Positions 11,018-20,138 of a DNA stretch of 49,862 nucleotides are shown piece by piece. This stretch comes from an uncultured Enterobacteriaceae bacterium (GTDB lineage Bacteria; Pseudomonadota; Gammaproteobacteria; UBA6186; Azoamicaceae): the NCBI GenBank assembly GCA_964456515.1, contig CAYVZP010000001.1, forward strand, positions 33,297 to 83,158. The letters run 5' to 3'. Position 1 is the first letter of the stretch. Each line of letters starts with the position of its first letter. The position numbers and the translations under genes are program-made. The notes beneath the pieces were generated by a model that had not been told where the DNA came from, did not search any database, and was given only the letters and a program-made list of their open reading frames with translations.

Positions 11018-11236
11018 TTATTCGTTAGTTCGATATATTATTCTGCCTTTATTTAAATCATATGGTGATATTTCCACTATAACAATATCGCCAGTTAAAA
11101 TACGTATATAATTTTTTCGCATTCTACCGGAAATGTGTGCTATTATAATATGATCGTTTTCTAATTTTACTTTAAATGTAGCATTTGGTAAACTTTCTGT
11201 TACTACTCCTTTCATTTCAATAATTTTTTTTTTCAT
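11018..11236 (-). CDS. infA: Translation initiation factor IF-1
   Basis: [38 protein letters not shown]. Confidence 0.98.
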   Translation of the reverse strand: MKKKIIEMKGVVTESLPNATFKVKLENDHIIIAHISGRMRKNYIRILTGDIVIVEISPYDLNKGRIIYRTNE

Positions 11237-11364
11237 AAAAACCCTTTTTTTATAACAGTATAAAATTATAAAAACATAAAATAAAACAATTAGTGTTTGT
11301 TTTTTTTATATTTTTTTATAAAATAGTAAAAATACATTGTAAAATATAAAATATGTAATTAAAT

Positions 11365-11784
11365 ATGAAAAAAAATATAATAAAAGAAAAAAATAATTGG
11401 ATAATATGTGATGCTGAGAATAAAATTCTTGGTAGATTTGCGTCAAAAATAGCATTAAAATTAATGGGAAAAGATAAGGTTAATTATTCACCTAATGTGG
11501 TTAACGGAAGTCAAATAATTATAATAAATTCTAAAAAAATTAAAATAACAGGTAACAAGCTTAAAAATAAAATATATTATAAACATACTGGTTTTCCAGG
11601 TGGTTTACGCTTTAATAATTTAAGTAATATATTAAACAAAAATCCAAATTTTATACTTAAAAATGCGGTAAAAGGTATGTTGCCTAAAAATAAATTACAA
11701 AAAATTTTATTAAAAAGGTTAAAAATATATCCAAATGAAAAACATTTGCATATAGCACAACAACCTAAAAATATGGATTTATAA
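11365..11784 (+). CDS. rplM: 50S ribosomal protein L13
   Basis: DA....LGR.AS, YYKHTGFPGGL, AVKGMLPKN, HIAQQP. Confidence 0.98.
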   Translation: MKKNIIKEKNNWIICDAENKILGRFASKIALKLMGKDKVNYSPNVVNGSQIIIINSKKIKITGNKLKNKIYYKHTGFPGGLRFNNLSNILNKNPNFILKNAVKGMLPKNKLQKILLKRLKIYPNEKHLHIAQQPKNMDL

Positions 11785-11786
11785 TA

Positions 11787-12197
11787 ATGAATAAATATAT
11801 ATATAGTACAGGTAAAAGAAAAAGTAGTATTGCTAGAATATTTTTAAAAACTGGTACTGGATCTATTATTATAAATAATATGACTGATTATTTTAAAGAT
11901 TCTACTAGATCATTAAAAATTTTACAAAAACCATTAAAGGTTTTAAATATTAATCAAAAAATAGATTTAAAAATTACTGTTAAGGGTGGTGGTTTAACCG
12001 GTCAGGCTGAGGCAATTAGACACGGTATTAGCAAAGCTTTAATTAAATTACATGAGAATTCTACTGATGAATATAAAGAGACATTGCGTAAAACGTTAAA
12101 AACGTTAGGTTTTTTAACACGAGATCCTAGAAAGGTTGAAAGAAAGAAGGTTGGTAGAAGAAAAGCAAGAAAAAAAGAACAATATTCAAAACGTTAA
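11787..12197 (+). CDS. rpsI: 30S ribosomal protein S9
   Basis: TGKRK, GGGLTGQAEAIRHG, RDPRKVERKK, QYSKR. Confidence 0.98.
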   Translation: MNKYIYSTGKRKSSIARIFLKTGTGSIIINNMTDYFKDSTRSLKILQKPLKVLNINQKIDLKITVKGGGLTGQAEAIRHGISKALIKLHENSTDEYKETLRKTLKTLGFLTRDPRKVERKKVGRRKARKKEQYSKR

Positions 12198-12202
12198 TAA
12201 TA

Positions 12203-12231
12203 TTGTATTATTATTAAGTTTAAGATATATT
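12203..12231 (+). promoter_or_regulatory. Candidate sigma70 promoter of petABC
   Basis: TTGTAT-N17-TATATT; the AT-rich background lowers specificity. Confidence 0.35.
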
Positions 12232-12262
12232 ATTTAATGTGTTTTTTTTATAAGGTAAGATA

Positions 12263-12838
12263 ATGAATAAAAATAATCCAAATTTAAATAAACGAAAATA
12301 TCTTAGTATATTTGCTTCATCAGTTGCAGCAATTGGTGCAGGATTTGCTACAATACCATTTGTTACATCATGGTTGCCTAGCGCAAAAGCCAAAGCGTTA
12401 GGCGCTCCGGTGGATATAGATGTAACAAAAATTGATGATGGTCAAAAAATTACATTAGATTGGCGTGGGCAACCTGTGTTTGTAATTAAACGAAATACAA
12501 CTGCTTTGAAAAATTTAGATTTGTTAACAGATAAATTACGTGATCCTGATTCAGTGGAATTGCAACAACCTGTATATGCTACAAATGAACATAGATCAGT
12601 AAGACCTGAAATATTTGTAGTTATAGGTATATGTACACATTTAGGTTGCGTTCCATTATATAAACCTAAAAAAGGTGCTGTGGATACAAGCTGGATTGGT
12701 GGTTTTTTTTGTCCGTGTCATGGTTCAAAATTTGATTTAGCTGGCAGGGTGTTTAAAGGTGTTCCAGCGCCAACAAATTTAATTATACCCCCGCATAAAT
12801 ATATAACTGATAAAATTTTAAGAATTGGTGAAGAATAA
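12263..12838 (+). CDS. petA: Ubiquinol-cytochrome c reductase Rieske Fe-S subunit
   Basis: CTHLGC and CPCHGS Rieske boxes; N-terminal membrane anchor. Confidence 0.97.
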   Translation: MNKNNPNLNKRKYLSIFASSVAAIGAGFATIPFVTSWLPSAKAKALGAPVDIDVTKIDDGQKITLDWRGQPVFVIKRNTTALKNLDLLTDKLRDPDSVELQQPVYATNEHRSVRPEIFVVIGICTHLGCVPLYKPKKGAVDTSWIGGFFCPCHGSKFDLAGRVFKGVPAPTNLIIPPHKYITDKILRIGEE

Positions 12839-12851
12839 TAAAGGTATTAAT

Positions 12852-14072
12852 ATGAATAATCTTATAAATAATATTGGTTGTTGGATAAATACTAGGTTTC
12901 CATTAGCTACATTATGGAAAGAACATATGAGCGAATATTATTCACCTAAAAATTTTAATTTTTGGTATTATTTTGGCTCTTTATCTATATTAATATTTGG
13001 CATGCAAGTTTTAAGTGGAATATGGTTAACAATGTTTTATAATCCATCTAGCGCTGAAGCATTTGATTCTGTTGAATATATTATGAGAGATGTGACATTT
13101 GGTTGGTTGATAAGGTACTTGCATTCAACTGGAGCCTCTTTTTTCTTTTTAGTGGTATATTTACATATATTTAGAGGGTTTTTATATGGATCATATAAAA
13201 AACCAAGAGAATTGTTATGGATAATAGGCGTGATAATTTTTTTATGTTTATTAGCAGAATGTTTTTTTGGTTATTTATTACCATGGGGAAATATGTCTTT
13301 TTGGGGAGCTCAGGTTATAACATCGTTATTTAGCGCAATACCAATTATAGGTAATACATTAGTAGAATGGTTAAGAGGTGATTATACTGTAAGTGGAGCA
13401 ACTTTAAATAGATTTTTTTCATTACATGTTTCAGCTATGCCATTAATATTTTTAATATTAATAACTGTGCATATTTTAGCATTACATGAAGTTGGATCAA
13501 ATAATCCTGATGGAATAGAAATTAAAGATAATAAAAATAAAGATGGAATACCAGTTGATGGTATACCAATGCATCCGTATTATACTATTAAAGATTTATT
13601 TGGCTTCTCAGTGTTTTTTATATTCTTTTTTTATATTGTGTTTTTTATACCAGATTTTTATGGATTTTTTTTAGAGGCGCCAAATTACATGCCAGCTGAT
13701 AAATTAGCAACACCAGAGCATATAGCACCAGTTTGGTATATGACACCATATTATGCAATATTAAGAGCAGTGCCAAATAAATTGGCAGGCGTAATTGCTA
13801 TGGGGGCATCAATAGCGATTTTATTTATTGTACCATGGTTAGATAGAAGTCCTGTTAAATCTATAAGATATAAAGGTTTATTATCAAAAATAGCTTTAAT
13901 GATATTTACGATAAGTTTTTTTATATTAGGTTATTTAGGAATGGAACCACCAAGTGAAATGAAAACCTTATTGGCACAAATCTGCTCATTTATTTATTTC
14001 GCGTTTTTTTTATTAATGCCTATATATACATCTTTAGAAAAAACAAAAAAAGTTCCTGATAGAGTAAAATAA
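12852..14072 (+). CDS. petB: Cytochrome b of the bc1 complex
   Basis: YYFGSL, RYLHSTGAS, LHIFRG, GYLLPWG, RFFSLH, PVWY Qo motif; ATG at 12852 follows AAGG. Confidence 0.97.
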   Translation: MNNLINNIGCWINTRFPLATLWKEHMSEYYSPKNFNFWYYFGSLSILIFGMQVLSGIWLTMFYNPSSAEAFDSVEYIMRDVTFGWLIRYLHSTGASFFFLVVYLHIFRGFLYGSYKKPRELLWIIGVIIFLCLLAECFFGYLLPWGNMSFWGAQVITSLFSAIPIIGNTLVEWLRGDYTVSGATLNRFFSLHVSAMPLIFLILITVHILALHEVGSNNPDGIEIKDNKNKDGIPVDGIPMHPYYTIKDLFGFSVFFIFFFYIVFFIPDFYGFFLEAPNYMPADKLATPEHIAPVWYMTPYYAILRAVPNKLAGVIAMGASIAILFIVPWLDRSPVKSIRYKGLLSKIALMIFTISFFILGYLGMEPPSEMKTLLAQICSFIYFAFFLLMPIYTSLEKTKKVPDRVK

Positions 14073-14074
14073 AA

Positions 14075-14833
14075 ATGATTAAAATTAAAAATATAATAAT
14101 TTTCGTAATATTTACATTTATGATAACAAATGTAAATGCAAGTAGTGATATTAAATTAAATAAAGTAACAATTGATTTAGAGGATGGAGCTGCGCTTAAA
14201 AGAGGGGCTAGAGTTTTTTTTGATTATTGTCAAGGATGTCATAGTTTAAAATATATGCGTTATAACAATTTAGCTGACGGCATTCAGTTGATAAATAAAT
14301 CTGATAAAAATAATGTAATGTTAATAACGGAATATTTTATGCATTCTACAAATATTATCAATGAAAACAGTCCTATTTTAACATCTTTATCTAATGAAAG
14401 TGGTGTGAAATGGTTTGGTAAAAATCCGCCTGATTTATCATTATTAAGTAGATACAGGGGTAATAATTGGATTTATAGTTACATGAAAAGTTTTTATAAA
14501 GATGAGTCAAGACCATGGGGTGTAAATAATTTAATTTTTCCAGATGTTGGGATGCCACATATTTTATTAAAATTACAAGGATTACAAATTTTAAAAGATA
14601 ATTTTGAAAAACATGCTGATATAGAAAAAATGTTAGAATTAATTGAAAATGGTGATATTTCTAAAGAGAAATATGATTTTTTAATTAAAGATTTAGTAAC
14701 ATTTTTGTCTTATGTTGGTGAGCCAGTTCAAACTGAAAGAAAAAATTTAGGATTTTGGGTTGTATTATATTGTATCTTTTTATCAATAATTTTGTATTTT
14801 ACTAAAAAGGCGTTTTGGAAAGATATTAAATAA
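14075..14833 (+). CDS. petC: Cytochrome c1
   Basis: Signal peptide, CQGCH heme motif, PPDLSL, GMPH, C-terminal transmembrane anchor. Confidence 0.96.
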   Translation: MIKIKNIIIFVIFTFMITNVNASSDIKLNKVTIDLEDGAALKRGARVFFDYCQGCHSLKYMRYNNLADGIQLINKSDKNNVMLITEYFMHSTNIINENSPILTSLSNESGVKWFGKNPPDLSLLSRYRGNNWIYSYMKSFYKDESRPWGVNNLIFPDVGMPHILLKLQGLQILKDNFEKHADIEKMLELIENGDISKEKYDFLIKDLVTFLSYVGEPVQTERKNLGFWVVLYCIFLSIILYFTKKAFWKDIK

Positions 14834-15453
14834 TGTATATATCAAATATTAAACATTCAATAATGACATTATATACAAATGGATTTAATGACCCTTATTC
14901 ACATGTGGTAAAATTAGTATTAACAGAAAAATGTCTTGAATTTGAAGAAAAATTAATAAAAGATAATTTAAATACATTAAAAAAGTTAAATCCATATTGT
15001 TATACACCAACTTTTATTGATAGAGATTTAATATTGTATAAATCAGAAATTATAACTGAATATATAGATGAAAGATTTCCGCATCCACCATTAATGCCGG
15101 CAAATCCAATTTTGCGTGGTAAAACTAGATTGTTAATATATAGAATAAACAAAGATTGGTTTAAAACATTAAATTATATATTAAATTTAAGAAATGATTT
15201 ATCTTTAAATTTAGAAGAGTATAAAAAAAATTTAATAACACAAATAGAGGGTGCAAAATTATTATTTAAAGAAATGCCATATTTTTTAAGTGAAAATTTT
15301 TCATTGATAGATTGTTGGATATCCACATTATTGTGGTATTTACAGGAAATAGATAAAGATTTTTTAAGTAGAGAGAAAATTATATACAATTATAGTAGAA
15401 AAATGTTTGCTAGAACTTCATTCAGGAAAGTATTGAATAAAAAAAAACAATAG
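14833..15453 (+). CDS. sspA: Stringent starvation protein A (GST-like)
   Basis: LNPY...PT.IDRDL.LY, EYIDERFPHPPLMP; canonical position after petC. Confidence 0.92.
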   Translation: MYISNIKHSIMTLYTNGFNDPYSHVVKLVLTEKCLEFEEKLIKDNLNTLKKLNPYCYTPTFIDRDLILYKSEIITEYIDERFPHPPLMPANPILRGKTRLLIYRINKDWFKTLNYILNLRNDLSLNLEEYKKNLITQIEGAKLLFKEMPYFLSENFSLIDCWISTLLWYLQEIDKDFLSREKIIYNYSRKMFARTSFRKVLNKKKQ

Positions 15454-15461
15454 GTAACAAT

Positions 15462-15803
15462 GGGGGTGATTTGGAGTAGATATAGTATATTATATTAATT
15501 TTTCATGTCGAGTTAAATCTCGTAAAAAAAAAAGGCAAATAAACGCCAATAAAAATTATAATTACGCGATAGCTGTTTAATTTATCGCATATTATTTTAT
15601 TATATCTTCTTTAATAAGATAATATATATATAAAAGAAGATATCCATTTATTTTAAATATTTTTTAAATGTGAGAAAAGAAAACATTTATTTGATTTTAA
15701 TTAAACCTAAATAAAATTAAAGACATTATTCAGGTAAAAAAAACATGTATAAGAAAATTAGTATAGATCACTATAGACGTGGGTTCAAATCCCACCACCT
15801 CCA
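15462..15803 (+). ncRNA. ssrA: tmRNA; tag reading frame 15545-15580 encodes (A)ANKNYNYAIAV*
   Basis: 5' GGGGGTG pairs with 3' CACCTCC-A including the G3:U wobble; T-arm GTGGG-TTCAAAT-CCCAC; ATAAAC-GCC resume context. Confidence 0.93.
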
Positions 15804-15821
15804 CAATAATAATTAATTTTG

Positions 15822-16223
15822 TTATTTAATATTTTTTTTAGATAATTTAATATTATAATCGTTAATTAAGATTTGTCTATTTATATCAACATCATGTATG
15901 ATTTTTAAATATTTAATTTTTTTTTTAATAATATTTTTTTTTTTTAATAAAGTTAAATTAATATTTTTATTATTAAATTTATTTAATATTGAAGATTTAA
16001 TTTCAGTAACATATTGTTTTTTGCGTGATTTAAATCCAAATTTAGGTAATCTAATATTTAAAGGAGTTTGTCCGCCTTCAAATGTAAAACGCTTTGAATA
16101 ACCTGCTCTACTTTTTTGTCCTTTATGTCCTTTTCCACACGTTTTACCAAAACCAGAACCAATTCCTCTTCCAACTCTTTTTTTTTTACATAAACGTAAT
16201 GTAAATGTATTTAAATAAGACAT
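15822..16223 (-). CDS. rplO: 50S ribosomal protein L15 (C-terminus clipped)
   Basis: [38 protein letters not shown]. Confidence 0.96.
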   Translation of the reverse strand: MSYLNTFTLRLCKKKRVGRGIGSGFGKTCGKGHKGQKSRAGYSKRFTFEGGQTPLNIRLPKFGFKSRKKQYVTEIKSSILNKFNNKNINLTLLKKKNIIKKKIKYLKIIHDVDINRQILINDYNIKLSKKNIK

Positions 16224-16225
16224 TT

Positions 16226-16735
16226 TTATAACTCTTTTTTATTTAATAATGTTTGACGAAAATTGGTTGTTTCAATGATATGATTCATATGTAACAATCC
16301 ATGAAACACACACCTAATTAATAAACTAGGGTTTTTTGATCCAAAACATTTTATAAATATGTTTTTTATTCCAACGGCTTCAAAGATTGCTCTAATACTA
16401 GAGGCTGATATAATACCAACTCCGTCATTTCCAGGTAACATAACAATTTTAGTAGAACAATATGTAAACGATTGTTTACATAAAATAGTACCATTTTTAA
16501 TTTTTATATTAACTAAATTTCGTCTAGCATTTTCCATCGCTTTTTGAATAGCGGAAGGAACTTCTTTAGCCTTACCCTTACCTATTCCAAACTTGCCATT
16601 TCTATCACCAACGACAGTTAAAACAGCAAAACTAAAAACCCTACCACCTTTAGTAACTTTAGTATTTCTTTTAACAAGTAGTAATTTTTCAAAAAACAAA
16701 TCTTTTTTATCTACTACATTTTTAAAATTAACCAT
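16226..16735 (-). CDS. rpsE: 30S ribosomal protein S5
   Basis: [27 protein letters not shown]; start re-placed at the ATG at 16735. Confidence 0.96.
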   Translation of the reverse strand: MVNFKNVVDKKDLFFEKLLLVKRNTKVTKGGRVFSFAVLTVVGDRNGKFGIGKGKAKEVPSAIQKAMENARRNLVNIKIKNGTILCKQSFTYCSTKIVMLPGNDGVGIISASSIRAIFEAVGIKNIFIKCFGSKNPSLLIRCVFHGLLHMNHIIETTNFRQTLLNKKEL

Positions 16736-16755
16736 AAAAATTCCAAATATAAAAA

Positions 16756-17124
16756 TTAACAAATAATACCATTTTTATTAATGGTTTCAGCGACAGCTTT
16801 AATTCTTCCATGAAATTTAAAACCAGATCTATCAAAAACAATATTTTTAATATTCATTTCTTTTATTTTTATTGCCAGTAAATTTGCAAGCATTTTAGAT
16901 TTAGTAACTTTATTTAAAATATCAAGTTCACATTTACTGATTTCTAATTTAAAATTTTTATCTAATGTAGACATACTTAAAATAACTAAATTGCAATCTG
17001 GGTTATATAACTGTGCGTAAGTATGTTTATTAGATTTATAAACTGTTAATCTATATTTAAATTGTTTTTTTATAGTATGTCTAATTTTTTTTTTTCGTCT
17101 GTCAATTTTAGATGCAATATACAT
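16756..17124 (-). CDS. rplR: 50S ribosomal protein L18
   Basis: [28 protein letters not shown]. Confidence 0.96.
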   Translation of the reverse strand: MYIASKIDRRKKKIRHTIKKQFKYRLTVYKSNKHTYAQLYNPDCNLVILSMSTLDKNFKLEISKCELDILNKVTKSKMLANLLAIKIKEMNIKNIVFDRSGFKFHGRIKAVAETINKNGIIC

Positions 17125-17138
17125 AAATAATTAATATC

Positions 17139-17717
17139 CTATTTACTTTTTTTAGGTGATTTTAATTTTATTATCTCATTTTTATATATAATTCCATTAC
17201 CTTTATAAGCATCTGGTAATCTAAATTGTTTAATATTTTGAGCTATTTGACCAACTTTATGTTTTGATACACCTTTAATGCATATAGAATTAGATGATAA
17301 AATTTTTATTTCAATATCTTTTGGTATTAAATAAATAATAGGATGAGAATAACCTAAAATCATTTTTAATATTGAGTTATTATATTCAGCTTTATATCCA
17401 ACACCTTTTAATATTAATGTTTTATCAAATAAATGTATAACACCAGTAATATAATTTTTAAATAAAATATATGTGGTTTTAAGTATAGATAAAAATTTAT
17501 TTATTTTATTTTTTTTTAAGTAACATTCTTGTACAATAATAGACAAAATATTATTTGATATATTTATTTTTAATAAATCATTTAATTTATGATTAATAAA
17601 TCCTTTTGGACCAGAGATTTTATATATACCATTCAAATATTCAATTTTAATATTAGATGGTATATTAATTATTTTTTTAAATTTTTTTTCAGAAAAATCA
17701 ATTATTCTACCATGCAT
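17139..17717 (-). CDS. rplF: 50S ribosomal protein L6 (diverged N-terminus; start uncertain)
   Basis: GPKG, GVGYKA, LGYSHP, PDAYKGNGI. Confidence 0.94.
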   Translation of the reverse strand: MHGRIIDFSEKKFKKIINIPSNIKIEYLNGIYKISGPKGFINHKLNDLLKINISNNILSIIVQECYLKKNKINKFLSILKTTYILFKNYITGVIHLFDKTLILKGVGYKAEYNNSILKMILGYSHPIIYLIPKDIEIKILSSNSICIKGVSKHKVGQIAQNIKQFRLPDAYKGNGIIYKNEIIKLKSPKKSK

Positions 17718-18103
17718 AAAACTTCACCACCACATTTGTTATTTACAGCATCTTTATTGGTCATAATACCTAAAGATGTTGAAATTATAGAAACGCTAAA
17801 TTTATTATATGTTTTATATAAAAATGTATATTTACTATAAATTCTAATACTTGGTTTACTTATTCTAGTTATTTTTCTCATAACAGGAATTTTGTTACCG
17901 TAATATTTAAGAATAATTTTAATTTGTTTTTTTGTAATATCAGAATTTATAATAAAACAATTATCAATAAAACATTCTTTTTTTAATATATTAACTATGT
18001 TAAATTTTATTTTCGAATGATCAACTAAAACAAAATCTTTTTTTGCTAAATAACCATTTCTAATTATAGTAATTAAATTTGATATAGGATCTTGTGTATT
18101 CAT
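17702..18103 (-). CDS. rpsH: 30S ribosomal protein S8
   Basis: QDPISNLIT.IRN, RISKPS.R.Y, ISTSLGIMT, GGEVLC. Confidence 0.97.
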   Translation of the reverse strand: MNTQDPISNLITIIRNGYLAKKDFVLVDHSKIKFNIVNILKKECFIDNCFIINSDITKKQIKIILKYYGNKIPVMRKITRISKPSIRIYSKYTFLYKTYNKFSVSIISTSLGIMTNKDAVNNKCGGEVLCMVE

Positions 18104-18109
18104 AATGTT

Positions 18110-18415
18110 TTACCAACTTGCCTTTCTAATTCCAGGGATATCACCAAACATGGCATGGTGTCTAAACATATTCCTGCATAATCCAACTAATCTATAAAAA
18201 CCATTACCTCTACCAGTTTTCCAACACCTGTTTCTTAATCTGCAGCTAGATGAATCTCTGGGTAATTTTTGAATTCTTTTTTGAGCAATTTCTTTTGCGT
18301 CCATAGATGCATTAAGATCATTTATAATTTTACGTAAACCTTCGCGTCTTAAAAAATATTTCTTTACTAATTTAACACGTCTTTTTTCTCTATTAGACAT
18401 ACATAATCTAGCCAT
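18110..18415 (-). CDS. rpsN: 30S ribosomal protein S14 (long form)
   Basis: LPRDSS..RLRNRC..TGR, IPGIRKASW. Confidence 0.97.
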   Translation of the reverse strand: MARLCMSNREKRRVKLVKKYFLRREGLRKIINDLNASMDAKEIAQKRIQKLPRDSSSCRLRNRCWKTGRGNGFYRLVGLCRNMFRHHAMFGDIPGIRKASW

Positions 18416-18430
18416 AATTTATAATCCTAA

Positions 18431-18964
18431 TTAAAAAGGAAATTTGAATTCTGTTAATAATAATTTACATAAAGCATTTGTTTTGGAATTAGTAACAATA
18501 CATATATCTAATCCTTTAACACTGGAAATTTTATCATAATCAATTTCAGGAAATATTATATGTTCTTTAATTCCTAAAGAATAATTTCCACTTCCATCAA
18601 AAGATTTAGATGACAATCCTTTAAAATCTCTAATACGTGGTAAAACTAATGCAACTAATTTATCAAGAAAATTATACATATTTTGTTTACGTAATGTAAC
18701 TTTACAACCAATAATAAAACCTTTACGTAACTTAAAGCCAGCTATAGATTGTTTTGCTTTAGTTACAATAGGTTTTTGTCCAGATATTAATGTTAACTCT
18801 TTAACAAAATCGTCAATACTTTTGTTAGTGACAATTGATGGTTTGAAACCCATATTAATTACAACTTTTAAAATTTTAGGAACAGCCATAATATTAGTAA
18901 CATGTTTTTTTTTAATAAAATTAGGAATAATGGTATTATTATAAAATTCTTTAGATATATTCAT
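18431..18964 (-). CDS. rplE: 50S ribosomal protein L5
   Basis: ISGQKP, SIAGFKLR, LPRIRDFKG, FPEIDYDK. Confidence 0.98.
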   Translation of the reverse strand: MNISKEFYNNTIIPNFIKKKHVTNIMAVPKILKVVINMGFKPSIVTNKSIDDFVKELTLISGQKPIVTKAKQSIAGFKLRKGFIIGCKVTLRKQNMYNFLDKLVALVLPRIRDFKGLSSKSFDGSGNYSLGIKEHIIFPEIDYDKISSVKGLDICIVTNSKTNALCKLLLTEFKFPF

Positions 18965-19312
18965 TTAAGTTAAAACCTCAGAATTTGATTTAAAAACTCT
19001 ATATTTTTTTTTATTATCTGATAAACTAAAAAAAATTTTATCTTTTTTATTTGTTTTAGGGTTAATTAACATAATATTTGAAAAAGCAATAGACGATTCA
19101 ATGTTAATTATACCGCCAGTTTTGTTTTTATTAGGATTTGCTTTAACGTGTTTTTTTATAAAATTAATTCCTTCTAAAATAATAAAGTATTTATATACAA
19201 TTGTTTTATTTTTAATTATTTTATGTTTAATAATTTTTTTTATAATTCCAATTTGATTTTTACTTTTACCTGTCAAAACTAAAACTTTATCATTAACTTT
19301 AAATTTAAGCAT
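18965..19312 (-). CDS. rplX: 50S ribosomal protein L24
   Basis: D.V.VLTGK.K, EGIN..KKH.K.NP, GGII. Confidence 0.95.
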   Translation of the reverse strand: MLKFKVNDKVLVLTGKSKNQIGIIKKIIKHKIIKNKTIVYKYFIILEGINFIKKHVKANPNKNKTGGIINIESSIAFSNIMLINPKTNKKDKIFFSLSDNKKKYRVFKSNSEVLT

Positions 19313-19327
19313 AAAAATACCACCTGT

Positions 19328-19696
19328 TTATAAAATTTCTAATGCTAAAGAAATAATTTTAATATAATTACTAGACCTTAATTCACGTGTAACAGGTCCG
19401 AAGATTCTAGTACCAATTGGTTCATTTTTATTGTTTAAAAGAACAACAGCGTTTGAATCAAATTTAAGAACAGATCCATCAGATCTCATAACACCTGTTT
19501 TAGTTCTTACAACAACAGCATTAAAAACCTCACCTTTTTTTACTTTACCATTTGGTATTGCGTCTTTTACACTAATTTTAATCAAATCACCTATATAAGC
19601 AAAACGTTTTTTGCTTCCACCTAAAACCTTTATGCACATAACTTTTTTAGCTCCACTATTGTCAGCTACAAGCAATTTTGTTTGCATTTGAATCAT
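19328..19696 (-). CDS. rplN: 50S ribosomal protein L14
   Basis: [29 protein letters not shown]. Confidence 0.98.
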   Translation of the reverse strand: MIQMQTKLLVADNSGAKKVMCIKVLGGSKKRFAYIGDLIKISVKDAIPNGKVKKGEVFNAVVVRTKTGVMRSDGSVLKFDSNAVVLLNNKNEPIGTRIFGPVTRELRSSNYIKIISLALEIL

Positions 19697-19935
19697 AAAT
19701 TATCACCATTTGTTATAGACATTAACATCCATTTTTTTTTTTTAGATATGTGACGTCCTTCACAAAAAACTATATGATCACCTATTTTGCATTTGTTATT
19801 TTCATCATGTATAAAATATTTAGTATGTGTTTTAATATATTTTTTATATTTTTTATCTTTAATTTTTTTTTCAATTTTAACTGTTAAAGTTTTATCCATT
19901 TTATTGTTAATAACAATGCCATTTAAAATATTCAT
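19693..19935 (-). CDS. rpsQ: 30S ribosomal protein S17
   Basis: KMDKT.TV, HDENN.C.IGD, ISKKKKW. Confidence 0.96.
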   Translation of the reverse strand: MNILNGIVINNKMDKTLTVKIEKKIKDKKYKKYIKTHTKYFIHDENNKCKIGDHIVFCEGRHISKKKKWMLMSITNGDNL

Positions 19936-20132
19936 GACTGACAGCCCTTTTTTTGAGTTATTATAGTAAATATTTGAGCTATATTACGTTTTATTTTTTT
20001 TAATTTCATGCCTTTTTTAAATTCAATGTTATCTGTTTTTTCTAATAATAGTTTTAATTTTTCTCTATATAATAAATTTAATTTATCATTTAATTCTTTT
20101 ACAGTTTGTTTTTTTAATAATGTTATATTCAT
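19932..20132 (-). CDS. rpmC: 50S ribosomal protein L29
   Basis: 66 aa, KRNIAQIFT; position between rplP and rpsQ. Confidence 0.9.
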   Translation of the reverse strand: MNITLLKKQTVKELNDKLNLLYREKLKLLLEKTDNIEFKKGMKLKKIKRNIAQIFTIITQKKGCQS

Positions 20133-20138
20133 ATTTTT

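Noticed and set aside
13727..13738. PVWY instead of PEWY in cytochrome b
   Set aside because: PVWY is the normal Qo motif variant in beta/gammaproteobacterial bc1 complexes.
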